A stretch of DNA of 47,533 bases, filler included, from a bacterium UBP13_UBA5359 (GTDB lineage: Bacteria > UBP13 > UBA5359): assembly GCA_002410925.1 (NCBI GenBank). It is 3 parts of 3 records of this genome, joined end to end, with 100 filler letters (N's around TTAATTAATTAA, not from the genome) between each part and the next. Parts side by side here need not be neighbours in the genome. Positions count along the whole stretch, not along the records: positions 15,083 to 35,758 come from DHPR01000028.1; 2 more parts are not named here. One strand, 5' to 3'. Both the position numbers and the translations under genes were made by a program. Each line of letters starts with the position of its first letter. The first letter of the stretch is position 1. The notes beneath the pieces are model-generated. The model saw only the letters and a program-made list of their open reading frames with translations. It searched no databases and was not told the DNA's origin. Shown here one piece after another: positions 16,774 to 26,688 of the stretch.

Positions 16774-18417
16774 AGAGGATATAGCGCCGGCAAGGGAGCT
16801 TCCCAGAGAGGAGACAAAGTCATTCATCCCAACCCTTCTCCAGGAGGAACCTGAATACCAGCCGGGGCTATATGCATATCCTTCTTTGCCAGCACGTTCA
16901 AAGAGATCGGCAAATTGCTCAGCCCAGGCATGCTCCACATCCAGCGCCAGTGCATATGGCAAGTATTTCTCGAACAGCTCCGGTGTCTGCTCCGGCGGAT
17001 TGAAAAAGTTCAAACGATCTTTTTCAGCCACTAAAAGATAGAGTCTGAAACCCTCTATCTCATCCATCAGCTTGCGGCCTTTAAGCGTAGGAGCTTTGAG
17101 CAGATAGAAAAATAAACCGTTGACAATAGCAAAGAGCGCTGCCAGCACAAAGAGGGCCGGTGCGGCTGAAAACGACATGGCAATGAATAATAGTATCAAG
17201 ATCGAACCGGCTGCCCCCGGAATAAAATATGCGGTATTCAGATTGAAATACTCTGTATTATACATCCCCTTAAGCGATCTTCTTACAGCGGTCAGCGCAC
17301 CTTTTATTATCTCATGGTTGGTAATATTAAGTTCTATCGCTTCTCCTGGGACAGAGAGTAGCATAGAGGCAATATCCTGCTCTTCAACAGATAGAGCTTT
17401 ATCGCCAATCTTACCTCCTGTGCCGGCAATGGTATAAGTTTTATCTCTCTTTTGAATCAGCAGATATCCCTTTACCGCCATATCGATAATAGCGGCGGCA
17501 AAGGCCTTATTATCATATCCCATTCGCCTGATATAGCGTATTGCTGCAGGAGACAGCCTCTTCGGAGGCTCATACCAGGGTATAACGGTTCCCTTTTCAG
17601 GATCACGACCCACCTTTTTCCAGGCAATTGCATAATATCCAGTCAAAAGCAGCAAACCGATCAGACCGATAAAGAGGCTGAGATTATCGCTAAAAAAATT
17701 GCGCACCTTATCATTCAAAGCAGGCTCTGATACAAAGCCCTTGGGCCAAGTAACATAGATCGTCAGCCCCTCACCAGGGCTAAGAGACTGTATGGTATGA
17801 AATTCCGTCCGGCCATAGCTGCCCGTGAAAGCCTTATACGCTCTCTTCTTTGAACCCTGCATTCCGGTATAGGCGCCGTAGGAGAGATCTTTTGCCTCTA
17901 TACCTTGAGGCAAGGTTACCAAAGCTACAGCCTTATCAATGGGGAAGAGCCAGCCATTTCCGGTGACATTCCAGTAAAGCTCATCATATTCTTTAAAAAA
18001 TCCCAGATGGCGATAGGTCTTATATGTGATGATATAGCTATATATCCCGGGAGACAGAGTAATATCGCTATTACCTATATAGATACGCTTCCCGTTGTTC
18101 ATATTTGCAATGCGGTAAGGCTCCGGGATGCCGTCTCGGGTAATCTCCGTTATATCAAAACGAACCGAGTATCCGTTTCCATACCTATCCATATAGCGAG
18201 TGGGAAAATCGCGATAAATGCCATGCCTTATCGCTATGCCGGCACTGGAAACTCTGATGGTCTCCCGCACAGTCATAGTAGCATCCTCGTGTACAGTTAT
18301 CTCACTGGAAAAAAGAGTTATACGCTCGTCGAATGCACCGGCCGGAGCATATATAAAAAGGAGCAAGAGAAGTAGCGTTGTCGCAATCTTCACAACCGAA
18401 TACTTCAACCCTGCCAT
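16690..18417 (-). CDS. DUF2207 family membrane protein
   Basis: HGIYRDFP, DELYWNVTGNGWLFPI, FEKYLPYALAL, C-terminal GGFSGGGGGGGGGGGW; start probably 18417 (track 18486). Confidence 0.92.
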   Translation of the reverse strand: MAGLKYSVVKIATTLLLLLLFIYAPAGAFDERITLFSSEITVHEDATMTVRETIRVSSAGIAIRHGIYRDFPTRYMDRYGNGYSVRFDITEITRDGIPEPYRIANMNNGKRIYIGNSDITLSPGIYSYIITYKTYRHLGFFKEYDELYWNVTGNGWLFPIDKAVALVTLPQGIEAKDLSYGAYTGMQGSKKRAYKAFTGSYGRTEFHTIQSLSPGEGLTIYVTWPKGFVSEPALNDKVRNFFSDNLSLFIGLIGLLLLTGYYAIAWKKVGRDPEKGTVIPWYEPPKRLSPAAIRYIRRMGYDNKAFAAAIIDMAVKGYLLIQKRDKTYTIAGTGGKIGDKALSVEEQDIASMLLSVPGEAIELNITNHEIIKGALTAVRRSLKGMYNTEYFNLNTAYFIPGAAGSILILLFIAMSFSAAPALFVLAALFAIVNGLFFYLLKAPTLKGRKLMDEIEGFRLYLLVAEKDRLNFFNPPEQTPELFEKYLPYALALDVEHAWAEQFADLFERAGKEGYAYSPGWYSGSSWRRVGMNDFVSSLGSSLAGAISSSATPPGSRSGAGGFSGGGGGGGGGGGW

Positions 18418-18492
18418 CACCTTGCTTCCGCTATTTGCTTCATCGGTGTCGCTCAGGGACCGGAAAGAATCATGCCTGTAAAACATCCCGCT

Positions 18493-20964
18493 TTACGCAT
18501 CTTCGCCGGCTGCTGTCTTGCCGATTATCATATCATGAAGGACTTTGCTCATATCCTCTATTTTATACGGCTTGGTAATTACACCGGAGAAGCCATACTT
18601 CTCAAATTCAGCCATTATCATATCGTTGGAATATCCGCTTGAAACTATGGCCATAGCTTCAGGGTCAATCTTCAGCAGCTCTTTGATAGCTTCCTTCCCT
18701 CCCATACCGCCGGGTATAGTCAGGTCCATAATGACGGCGTCATAGGGACATCCAGCATTCATGGCTTCAACATAAAGTTGTAACATTTCATTTCCATCCC
18801 TGGCAAAACCGCTCTCATATCCCAGACAGACAAGCATCTTACCGGCCACATCCCTGACGATGTATTCGTCATCCATTACCATTATTTTACCGCGTCCGGA
18901 TACAAGATATTCTTGATTGGAACGTATCGTTTGAATATCTTCATTCGAGGCCGGCAGGTAGATATGGAAAATCGTGCCCACTCCCAGCTTTGAATCGGCA
19001 GTTATAAAGCCGTCGTGATTCTTGATAACGGAATGAGCACTGGCCAATCCCAGCCCGCTGCCCTTCTGTTTGGTGGTAAAGTAAGGATCAAAAACCTTCT
19101 GCAAACATTCCTCGGGGATGCCTACGCCCTGATCCTCAACCGAGATTTCGATATAATCGCCCGGAGATAACGGCAAAACACTGTCGGCCCCAATGGCTAT
19201 ATTACGAGCCGTTACATTTATATTGCCACCCTGAGGCATAGCCTGATCGGCATTTATAACCAGATTATTAATAACCTGGCTTATCTGCCCCTCGTCTACA
19301 TCTACCGGCCAGAGATCTTCAGAGAGAGAAAATTCACACTTTACATTTGACCCCCGCAGAACAAAATTAGCAGAATCCTGTATAAGACCGGCTATAGAGG
19401 TGGTGTTCTTTATCGGCGCCCCGCCTCTTGAAAAAGTCAGCAATTGCTGTGTAAGATCTCTAGCCCTCAGAGAAGCATTCTCGGCTTCCAGAAGTATCTT
19501 GTATACGTCATCGTCGGCTTCAACCGACATCCTGGCCAGAGAAATATTGCCGAGTATAGCCGTTAAAATATTATTGAAATCGTGAGCCACACCTCCGGCT
19601 AATATGCCGACAGATTCAAGCTTTCTGGCCCGCTGCAGCTCTTTCTCCATCTTCTTCTCTTCAGTAACATCGCGGAATACCAGAACAACACCTATGATCT
19701 CACTGTTCCTGTTCCTGATCGGCGACCCGCTGTCGGCTATAGTTCTCTCCTTGCCGCCACGTGATATAAGTGCCGTATGATTAGCAAGACCGATTATCCT
19801 GCCTGTCTTGAGCACTTTTTCTACAGGGTTCTCACAGGGCTCCCTGGTTATCTCGTTGATGATGTTGAAGACCTCGACCAGCGGCCTGCCGGCGGCCTCA
19901 GCCTGAGTCCAGCCTGTCAAGCCTTCCGCCACTTTATTAATCATAACCACTCTGCCTTCGGTATCGGTGGTTATAACGCCATCGCCTATGCTGCGCAATG
20001 TTACGGATAGGCGCTCTCTCTCCGCCGCCAGCTTCTCTTCCGTCTGCTTTCTATCGGTTATATCTATACCGGAACTGAGAATAGCAGTTACTTCGCCTCG
20101 CTCGTCATGCATGACGGTATTATACCAGGCTATTACCCTCTCCTCACCGATACTGGTTAGTATGGAATTTTCATAGAATTCGGCCTTCTCGGTAGCTCCT
20201 CTCACAAGCTGCTGAAGCTTGCTTGCCACTTCCGCTCTCTCTCTTGCAGGCAAAAAGTCGTTCAGCCAGTTGCGCCCTATAGCATTCCCCTCTTCGCAGC
20301 CTAATACCTCGCAGCCCTTTTTATTTATCAGGGTAATATACCCTTCCGTATTCAGAGCAACTATTATAGAGCCGGCAATATCCAGATAGTGCTGTGCTTT
20401 ATCTCTCTCTTCGCGAAGTGCAATTTCAGCTTTCTTACGCTGAGTAATATCACGACTAATGCCCATGATTCCCAGACATTTGCCCTCGGGATCATAAAGA
20501 GGAACCTTGGTGGTAGTGCTCCAGCGATAGCTGCCATCCGAACGACTTATCTTTTCCTCTTTGTTTACTATAGGACAGCCAGTGCGAAGTATCTCCTGCT
20601 CATTGGAAAAAAACATATCTGCTTCGGCCTTAGAATAAAAATCATGATCTCTCTTGCCGATGGCCTCATCCGGATGCTTAAGATTGAGAATATCGGCCAA
20701 AGCTTTATTAATCTTCATAAAGCGGCTGCCGGTATCCTTGAAGTATATTCGATCCGGAATACGATCCATTAAGTTGGAAAAGAGTATATGCTCTCCGGCA
20801 AGAGCTTCTTTCATACAGTCCAATAATTTCAGATAGTGCTTGCCGTATTCCTGTATTTCCACCGACGTCTTGCTTTGCATGCCTTCACTAGCCCCACAAT
20901 CGGCTAACAAGCGACGCAACTCGGAGATTTCATATATAAGCTCCCTAAATGTTTTATCCCCCAT
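18493..20964 (-). CDS. Soluble hybrid sensor histidine kinase (3 PAS/PAC, HisKA, HATPase, REC; CckA-like)
   Basis: AGGVAHDFNNIL H-box, NLVINA, FDPYFTTK, GSGLGL, REC MDDE...MDL...ITKPY; GGAGG RBS before ATG 20964; no TM segment. Confidence 0.93.
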   Translation of the reverse strand: MGDKTFRELIYEISELRRLLADCGASEGMQSKTSVEIQEYGKHYLKLLDCMKEALAGEHILFSNLMDRIPDRIYFKDTGSRFMKINKALADILNLKHPDEAIGKRDHDFYSKAEADMFFSNEQEILRTGCPIVNKEEKISRSDGSYRWSTTTKVPLYDPEGKCLGIMGISRDITQRKKAEIALREERDKAQHYLDIAGSIIVALNTEGYITLINKKGCEVLGCEEGNAIGRNWLNDFLPARERAEVASKLQQLVRGATEKAEFYENSILTSIGEERVIAWYNTVMHDERGEVTAILSSGIDITDRKQTEEKLAAERERLSVTLRSIGDGVITTDTEGRVVMINKVAEGLTGWTQAEAAGRPLVEVFNIINEITREPCENPVEKVLKTGRIIGLANHTALISRGGKERTIADSGSPIRNRNSEIIGVVLVFRDVTEEKKMEKELQRARKLESVGILAGGVAHDFNNILTAILGNISLARMSVEADDDVYKILLEAENASLRARDLTQQLLTFSRGGAPIKNTTSIAGLIQDSANFVLRGSNVKCEFSLSEDLWPVDVDEGQISQVINNLVINADQAMPQGGNINVTARNIAIGADSVLPLSPGDYIEISVEDQGVGIPEECLQKVFDPYFTTKQKGSGLGLASAHSVIKNHDGFITADSKLGVGTIFHIYLPASNEDIQTIRSNQEYLVSGRGKIMVMDDEYIVRDVAGKMLVCLGYESGFARDGNEMLQLYVEAMNAGCPYDAVIMDLTIPGGMGGKEAIKELLKIDPEAMAIVSSGYSNDMIMAEFEKYGFSGVITKPYKIEDMSKVLHDMIIGKTAAGEDA

Positions 20965-21025
20965 AGAACGCCTCCGACAAGAAAGGTCCCAGCTACACAA
21001 TAAGCTACGCAATAATAGTTGAGTA

Positions 21026-21053
21026 CTTCGCCGGAGAAGTCTTTATTACCTGC
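21026..21053 (-). promoter_or_regulatory. Candidate SigH-like promoter upstream of the kinase
   Basis: GCAGGTAAT-N12-GGCGAAG versus B. subtilis SigH consensus RnAGGAwWW-N11/12-RnnGAAT. Confidence 0.3.
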
Positions 21054-21131
21054 CTGGCGAAAAAAACAATCAAGGCAGAATTATTTTTGTGGAATATCGA
21101 TTATGCGATATTTGAGCAAGCTTGCAGCTTT

Positions 21132-21179
21132 AGGCATTGAGGCACTTGCCTGCGCTCTGCATACTTCTGCGCGGCAGGC
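21132..21179. repeat. REP-like palindromic dispersed repeat, copy 1 (intergenic)
   Basis: 41/48 identity to 24575-24622; hairpin GCCTGC...GCAGGC. Confidence 0.75.
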
Positions 21180-21262
21180 AAAGATTCAGACCTGTTCGTT
21201 TATTTGAGGAGCGAGGAATGAGAAGCAAGCTTGAGATCAACTGCACAGTATCTTCATTGTCA

Positions 21263-22102
21263 TTAACGCAGAAGGTGACGATTCGGTTTTTTTCTGCTTA
21301 TAAGAGTGCTTGCCGGAAGGCTTTCCACCCGCTCCTGTCCTAAACCCGCAGCCGGTATATAATTCAGCACAGCGATATTGGTTACCGTTCTTTCGTTATT
21401 AACTATTACCTCTGCCGGCTGCGAAAGCAGCAGGCGCCCTTCCGTCAATAGAGAGGCCTGTACCCTGTGAGGCCCATCGTAATCAACAGTCGTATTCCAA
21501 GAAAAGCCCTTATCGATTTTATTGGTATAAAATCTCTCCTTTCCATCAATGAGATAGGTTACAAGATCTACCGTCCCGCTACCTGTCAGAATTACGCTCA
21601 ACGTCACCGTACCGGTTAAAGGATTGTTGCGAGAAACCTGAAGAGCTATATCACTTATGCCCACAGGAGTATCAGGATCTATTTCCGGCAGCGGAATATC
21701 CCCCTTTCGCAGATAAGCTCTGGCCTCCGTTACCACCACGGATCCGTATTGACCGTAGGCCGTTACCCTTATAACGTGGTCGCCATCAGCATAAGCTGTG
21801 GTATTCCAATTGAAGGTATGCTGCCCGGACCTGGGCAATCTGAAGCTGTAACGATCATAGAGATGGCCATCTATACAGAGTTCCAGCACCACTACTGCCT
21901 CGCGCATTACTTTGAATTCTGCTGTAATAGGCACATTTTTTTCCGTCACAATCAGGCCATCGGCAGGAGAGACTATAGCTACATTCATGACAAGCGGCAC
22001 ACCGGCGGCAGGCGAAGCAGCTGATAGCACCACACCAAGCAAGCAGGCTCCCAGCCAAAGGCAGAGAAGAGGTGGTTTTATACTCTTGCACCCTTTATTC
22101 AT
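21263..22102 (-). CDS. Secreted protein with two bacterial Ig-like domains
   Basis: Signal peptide; VAIVSPADG, FNWNTTAYADGDHVIRVTAY, FSWNTTVDYDGPHRVQA. Confidence 0.78.
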   Translation of the reverse strand: MNKGCKSIKPPLLCLWLGACLLGVVLSAASPAAGVPLVMNVAIVSPADGLIVTEKNVPITAEFKVMREAVVVLELCIDGHLYDRYSFRLPRSGQHTFNWNTTAYADGDHVIRVTAYGQYGSVVVTEARAYLRKGDIPLPEIDPDTPVGISDIALQVSRNNPLTGTVTLSVILTGSGTVDLVTYLIDGKERFYTNKIDKGFSWNTTVDYDGPHRVQASLLTEGRLLLSQPAEVIVNNERTVTNIAVLNYIPAAGLGQERVESLPASTLISRKKPNRHLLR

Positions 22103-24687
22103 TTCAGCACCGCCTTAAAAGATAGGGAGCCGCCGGCATTCGGTTCCACTTGAGATAAAACCCATCTTACAGTTCTGGTGGCGGCCTCATAAGCGCCGCC
22201 GCTGCCGGCAACATACTGAAGGTCTGAATTCAGGCTATCCTTAATCTCAACATTCAAAGCCGGCTGCACGCCGGTATTTCGGTAATTAAGCGTATACGTC
22301 AACGTCTCTCCGGGCGATGCCTGAACCTTATCCACCATCTTATCTACTCTTATCTGCGGTTGCCCGGCAGCCTGCCCATAGATTGTGCCATCGGCATAAC
22401 GGCGCCACTTTCCATCCGGGAAGAGCCAATAATATCCTGCCATATCACCTGACCCCATATATGACACGGTTACAGGAAGACCGTAACTGTCGACAAATGC
22501 ATTCATCTTCTTTCTTCTGGCGGCAACTGCAGCATCGCGCCAATTGGGATTGCTGCTATAGAACTTTGCCTGACCACCACGTGTATAAAAATCTGTATCT
22601 GCAACCACCAGCGCGGGATCGTGCTCCCAATACGGACCGATGCCGGAATCCACTTCCTGGCTATAGAGTAATCCATAACTCTGAAGTTCACGAGCCATAG
22701 CCCAGTAAAAGGCTTCAGTAAGAGCTACCGGCTGAGAGACATCCCTGTTACGATAATACCAATCATCGTTATTGCCCTCATTCATCACCAGAGCAGCATC
22801 GAAATAATACCCATCTATACCGGTTATTTTGCCGTTTTTGTCCTTAAAAGCGAAGTATTTCATCCGCTCCAGCATATAATCGTAGAAACCCTTCCAACTG
22901 CCGCTGAGATTATCGATATAAGCGTTATTAAAAGTGAGCGGTTCATAATCCGCCGTCAGCTTGCCGGAATTATTATCCATAAAGGAGGTAATATTTCCGC
23001 CGATTATCTCGGTCAGCAGGCTGTATCGCTGAGAAGCCGGATCATGACGATATATCCTGTAGCCTGCGGCACCATTTACCTGTCCCCAGACGAGCCTGGC
23101 GGCGTATTGCCCGCTGCCGGCAGGCATAGTCAGGGATACCGTCACAGGGGTAGAATCACCGCGGTAGCCGCTGGTGGTCACCTTGTAGGAAAGCGTACTG
23201 CCTGCGGCAAAGCCGAGTGAGCCTTGAACAGCAGAGATGGAAAGAGATGATGGAGGTGGCAGAGGTACCTGCGCCCAGGTTGCTGTGCCCCTGCCGATAG
23301 TTCCCGCAAAAGGGTAACCCCTGGCCAGAGAGTAGGCATCACGACCGAACCACAAGGATTTATCGGTGGTACCATCCGCCTTCTCCACCATCCAGTCACG
23401 CTGAATGCAAAGCGGAGAGTAACCATATATGCCGGCCGGAGCCATCCATGCAACGACTTTTACGCCGGCAGCATGAGCAACGGCGGTAAAGTAACGCAAA
23501 CCGGCCTCCCCGCCTATCCAGGGAGGAACTTCATACATCACCGGATGGCAGCTACGGTTGTTATAATAGAGCCATGGCTCAATAAAGATTATCCTGTAAC
23601 CGTAGGAACCGATGAATTCGGGATTCGACCGGCCATCAGCCAGAAAGGGCTTAAGATAACGATCGGCCATGGCATATAGATCCTGAGATGGGTTGGACCC
23701 GTTGTAAATCGTGCCCTGTATATCTATCTGGAAGGCATCCCCCAGAAACTGACGAGCCAGACCGACTTGCTTCTCCCAGCGCATTTTCAAAGCATCATTC
23801 ACCTGTCGCACTATATCGGCACTGCCCCCACGATCATCAAGAAACCACATCTGTGCCGGCAGCGTTATCCTGCCGCTTCTATAGCCGGCATCTATCCTTG
23901 TCCAGGACAGATAATATTCTCCGCCTCTGTTCTCTCCTATGCCGTACCATACCGGCTCCCCAGCCCAATTTCTACCACGAAATGAAGGTGTGCTAAGCCC
24001 ACTGAAGGCATTGCCGTTATCTACCCATTTGGAGCCGGGAACACTTATCAGCATACCGTATGGCGTATTGAGGAAATTAGGCGTCAGCAGGCTACAACCA
24101 GAAAGAGCAGAACCGGGACGCATATAGCTCTCAATATTCACATTTCCCAGCGCTCGGGCATGAGCATCGACAATGTACCTTCTGGAAACGCCCTTCAGCA
24201 CGCGGTCCCCCACCACCAGACTTTCGCCGGCAAAGAGAAGTTGAAAATCCAATGGTTCATCCATCGTCCCACCGATCATGTTGAAAGCAACCGTATCGCC
24301 GCTTACCTGAAAGCCGGTATATTTTGAAGGGCGGCCTATCGAGGTACTGACCTGCCAGCGAGACTCCGTAGAGGGCCATGTCATTAAAGTTACGCCCTTA
24401 TCGGTGTATATCTGCAGCAGCGACAAAACTTCATTGGATGTGGCGCCCACTCTTGCCCTCCAGCCGTTATCAAAGGTGATTTCGTAAAGCGCCTTGCCGC
24501 CCGCGCTCAAATCAACGACCCCCGCCGCCATTACGGCGGAGGCCGTTGCTATTATCCATAGCAGAGCTATGAGAAGGCATAGAGGCATCCGCCTGCGCTC
24601 TGCAAGCTTCGGCGCGGCAGGCCTGCCGAATGTCACTGCACGTAAGCCTGCTCTTTCATTCTGCACTCTACACTCCACCTTCCACAT
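22099..24687 (-). CDS. Secreted putative glycoside hydrolase (TIM barrel with inserted FN3-like domain) with C-terminal DUF11 domain
   Basis: GGEAGLRYFTAVAHAAGVKVVAW, GIDGYYFD barrel motifs; DKMVDKVQASPGETLTYTLNYRNTG DUF11; alternative start 24588. Confidence 0.65.
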   Translation of the reverse strand: MWKVECRVQNERAGLRAVTFGRPAAPKLAERRRMPLCLLIALLWIIATASAVMAAGVVDLSAGGKALYEITFDNGWRARVGATSNEVLSLLQIYTDKGVTLMTWPSTESRWQVSTSIGRPSKYTGFQVSGDTVAFNMIGGTMDEPLDFQLLFAGESLVVGDRVLKGVSRRYIVDAHARALGNVNIESYMRPGSALSGCSLLTPNFLNTPYGMLISVPGSKWVDNGNAFSGLSTPSFRGRNWAGEPVWYGIGENRGGEYYLSWTRIDAGYRSGRITLPAQMWFLDDRGGSADIVRQVNDALKMRWEKQVGLARQFLGDAFQIDIQGTIYNGSNPSQDLYAMADRYLKPFLADGRSNPEFIGSYGYRIIFIEPWLYYNNRSCHPVMYEVPPWIGGEAGLRYFTAVAHAAGVKVVAWMAPAGIYGYSPLCIQRDWMVEKADGTTDKSLWFGRDAYSLARGYPFAGTIGRGTATWAQVPLPPPSSLSISAVQGSLGFAAGSTLSYKVTTSGYRGDSTPVTVSLTMPAGSGQYAARLVWGQVNGAAGYRIYRHDPASQRYSLLTEIIGGNITSFMDNNSGKLTADYEPLTFNNAYIDNLSGSWKGFYDYMLERMKYFAFKDKNGKITGIDGYYFDAALVMNEGNNDDWYYRNRDVSQPVALTEAFYWAMARELQSYGLLYSQEVDSGIGPYWEHDPALVVADTDFYTRGGQAKFYSSNPNWRDAAVAARRKKMNAFVDSYGLPVTVSYMGSGDMAGYYWLFPDGKWRRYADGTIYGQAAGQPQIRVDKMVDKVQASPGETLTYTLNYRNTGVQPALNVEIKDSLNSDLQYVAGSGGAYEAATRTVRWVLSQVEPNAGGSLSFKAVLK
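24575..24622. repeat. REP-like palindromic dispersed repeat, copy 2 (in the 5' end of the GH-like gene)
   Basis: AGGCATAGAGGCATCCGCCTGCGCTCTGCAAGCTTCGGCGCGGCAGGC. Confidence 0.75.
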
Positions 24688-24691
24688 CAGT

Positions 24692-25531
24692 TTATTTCAC
24701 CTGCACCTGGAAAGCTACCGTACCGGTACCGCCTGCAGCCACGCTGCCGATCCGGATCACCAGTTTACCGACGGCGTCCGGCTGAACCTGATGAGCAACA
24801 CCATTCAGTTTCAGGCTGCCGGGAATATAAGAACTGTTGAGCGGAATCGTATCGGTCAGCACCACTTCATCCGCAGCCAGACTACCCTTATTCGTATACG
24901 TTATCGTATAGGTGAGTGTTTCACCCATCGTAGCATCAGCTTTATCCACACGTTTATCAAGAGTCATTGAAGCCCGCCGCAGGTTCAAAAGAATCGCAAC
25001 CGAAGCGGTTTTATTAACATCTCCGACGGATTTAGCCACCATATTGAGAGTATCGCTATCGCCGTCGACCGCATCTTCAGCCACTGTCACTACAATAAAG
25101 AGCTTTTGAACGGCATCGGCAGCCAGGATATCCGTTTTAAGAAGCGGTACTCTCTCTCCATCCTGCAATATGCCGTCTCCATTAACGTCAGCATAAACCG
25201 ATAGCGGCCAAAGTTTTCCCGTAGCAGCGGAAAGGCTAAAACTATCCGGGCCATTGCCGGTATTGGTCAGACTGATTACCAGCAATGTCTCGGAGCCTGT
25301 CTGCACATCCGCCGAGTTTTTTTCCGCTATCATTGCCACTCCGTAGCTTTGAAGAACGCTGGTAGCTACAGAGTTGGATACGGCGGAATAATGCACCCCC
25401 TCTCCGGAAGAGTATGAAATGCTTGCCTGGTTGGTAATAGAGGTGCCAACCGGTATACCGGCCGCTTCTATTGTTATACTAGTCACCACAACTAACAAGA
25501 TAGTGAAAAAACAGGACCTTAAGTACCGCAT
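24692..25531 (-). CDS. Secreted DUF11 (conserved repeat domain) protein
   Basis: Signal peptide, GTSITNQA, TNTGNGPDSFSL, DVNGDG, KRVDKADATMGETLTYTITYTNKG...YIPGSLKLNG. Confidence 0.85.
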   Translation of the reverse strand: MRYLRSCFFTILLVVVTSITIEAAGIPVGTSITNQASISYSSGEGVHYSAVSNSVATSVLQSYGVAMIAEKNSADVQTGSETLLVISLTNTGNGPDSFSLSAATGKLWPLSVYADVNGDGILQDGERVPLLKTDILAADAVQKLFIVVTVAEDAVDGDSDTLNMVAKSVGDVNKTASVAILLNLRRASMTLDKRVDKADATMGETLTYTITYTNKGSLAADEVVLTDTIPLNSSYIPGSLKLNGVAHQVQPDAVGKLVIRIGSVAAGGTGTVAFQVQVK

Positions 25532-25570
25532 ATGCCTTCCCCCATATAAAAAGATAGATTTTACCTATCT

Positions 25571-25598
25571 ATTCTATACGGAGACATAGATACCCTTT
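25571..25598 (-). promoter_or_regulatory. Candidate SigH-like promoter upstream of the DUF11 gene
   Basis: AAAGGGTAT-N12-ATAGAAT. Confidence 0.35.
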
Positions 25599-25613
25599 TG
25601 ATCTGCCGGATGA

Positions 25614-26282
25614 TCAATATGCACCGCGTCCGTGCAATACGGCGGGCAAGGTAAGAAGAAGAATTCTACAGTCTTGCCAGATTGACTGATTATCTATGTA
25701 TTGAAGGTCCAGACGCACCCAATCATCAAAGCTGAGTTCATTGCGACCGCTTATCTGCCAGATGCAAGTAATGCCCGGCATGACACTTAAGCGTCTTAAT
25801 TGCCAATCCTCATACTGTTCCACTTCCGACGGCAATGGCGGGCGGGGACCTACCAGGCTCATCTCCCCTTTAAGAACGTTAAAAAGCTGGGGCAATTCAT
25901 CTATACTTAATTTCCTTATAACGCGACCTACCCTGGTGATACGAGGGTCATTCCGTATCTTGAATACCGGGCCGTCAAGCTCGTTAAGATGGCTGACCTC
26001 CTGCAATCTCGCATCAGCATCAGGCACCATCGATCTGAACTTCAATATATTGAAGAATCTGCCGTTCATGCCGACCCTTGTCTGGCGGTAGAGTATGGGA
26101 CCTCTATCCTCCAGATATATGATCAGACCGGCCAACAGCAAGAGCGGAGAGAGCAACAGCAACAGAGTTGCCGATACAGTGAGATCCAGCAGTCGCTTGG
26201 TATAGCCGTATACCATACAATCTTCACGTTCACCAATCAGATCGCCCCATATTTCCTTATCCTTTACCGGCATTTCCTCCAT
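25614..26282 (-). CDS. Priming phosphoglycosyl transferase (Bac_transf), short single-domain form
   Basis: KRLLD, LKFRSM, DPRITRVG, SIDELPQLFNVLKGEMSLVGPRP, PGITCIWQISGRN. Confidence 0.95.
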   Translation of the reverse strand: MEEMPVKDKEIWGDLIGEREDCMVYGYTKRLLDLTVSATLLLLLSPLLLLAGLIIYLEDRGPILYRQTRVGMNGRFFNILKFRSMVPDADARLQEVSHLNELDGPVFKIRNDPRITRVGRVIRKLSIDELPQLFNVLKGEMSLVGPRPPLPSEVEQYEDWQLRRLSVMPGITCIWQISGRNELSFDDWVRLDLQYIDNQSIWQDCRILLLTLPAVLHGRGAY

Positions 26283-26304
26283 GCTCAGCCTCTCATCTTC
26301 ATAT

Positions 26305-26688
26305 TTAAACCGCGTTCTTTACCGCTGAATCATTCCTTAATAGGGTACAGATAATCTTGAGTCTCTCTATATAATCATTGTAGGAAGAGATGAAGCTCTC
26401 TACTCTCTTTCTGGCTGACTCATCGCTGCCATAGCGATAAAGCGTCTTTACTTTCTGATTGCAAATGGATTTTTCTATTATTCCCTTCAAGACGAGTTCT
26501 TCCAGCTCGAAGGCCAGAATCTCTATGCTTCTTCCCATGAAAACCGATATCTCTTCCAAGTCGTACCATGTGCAAGGCTTATCATGGAAATATATGATAA
26601 GATCCAGCTTGATCAGAGAATTAGCTGTTTCCGTCAGAAACAGCTGTACGTTTTCATCCTTGAGCATCATCAATTTATCTGTTGACAT
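26305..26688 (-). CDS. Small hypothetical protein, winged-helix-like
   Basis: DLEEISVFMGRSIEILAFELEELVLKGIIEK HTH-like segment; GGAGGAG RBS before ATG 26688. Confidence 0.6.
   Translation of the reverse strand: MSTDKLMMLKDENVQLFLTETANSLIKLDLIIYFHDKPCTWYDLEEISVFMGRSIEILAFELEELVLKGIIEKSICNQKVKTLYRYGSDESARKRVESFISSYNDYIERLKIICTLLRNDSAVKNAV

Noticed and set aside
21093-21112. Inverted repeat AATATCG-N6-CGATATT as an operator
   Set aside because: Single AT-rich occurrence with no second copy or cognate regulator identified
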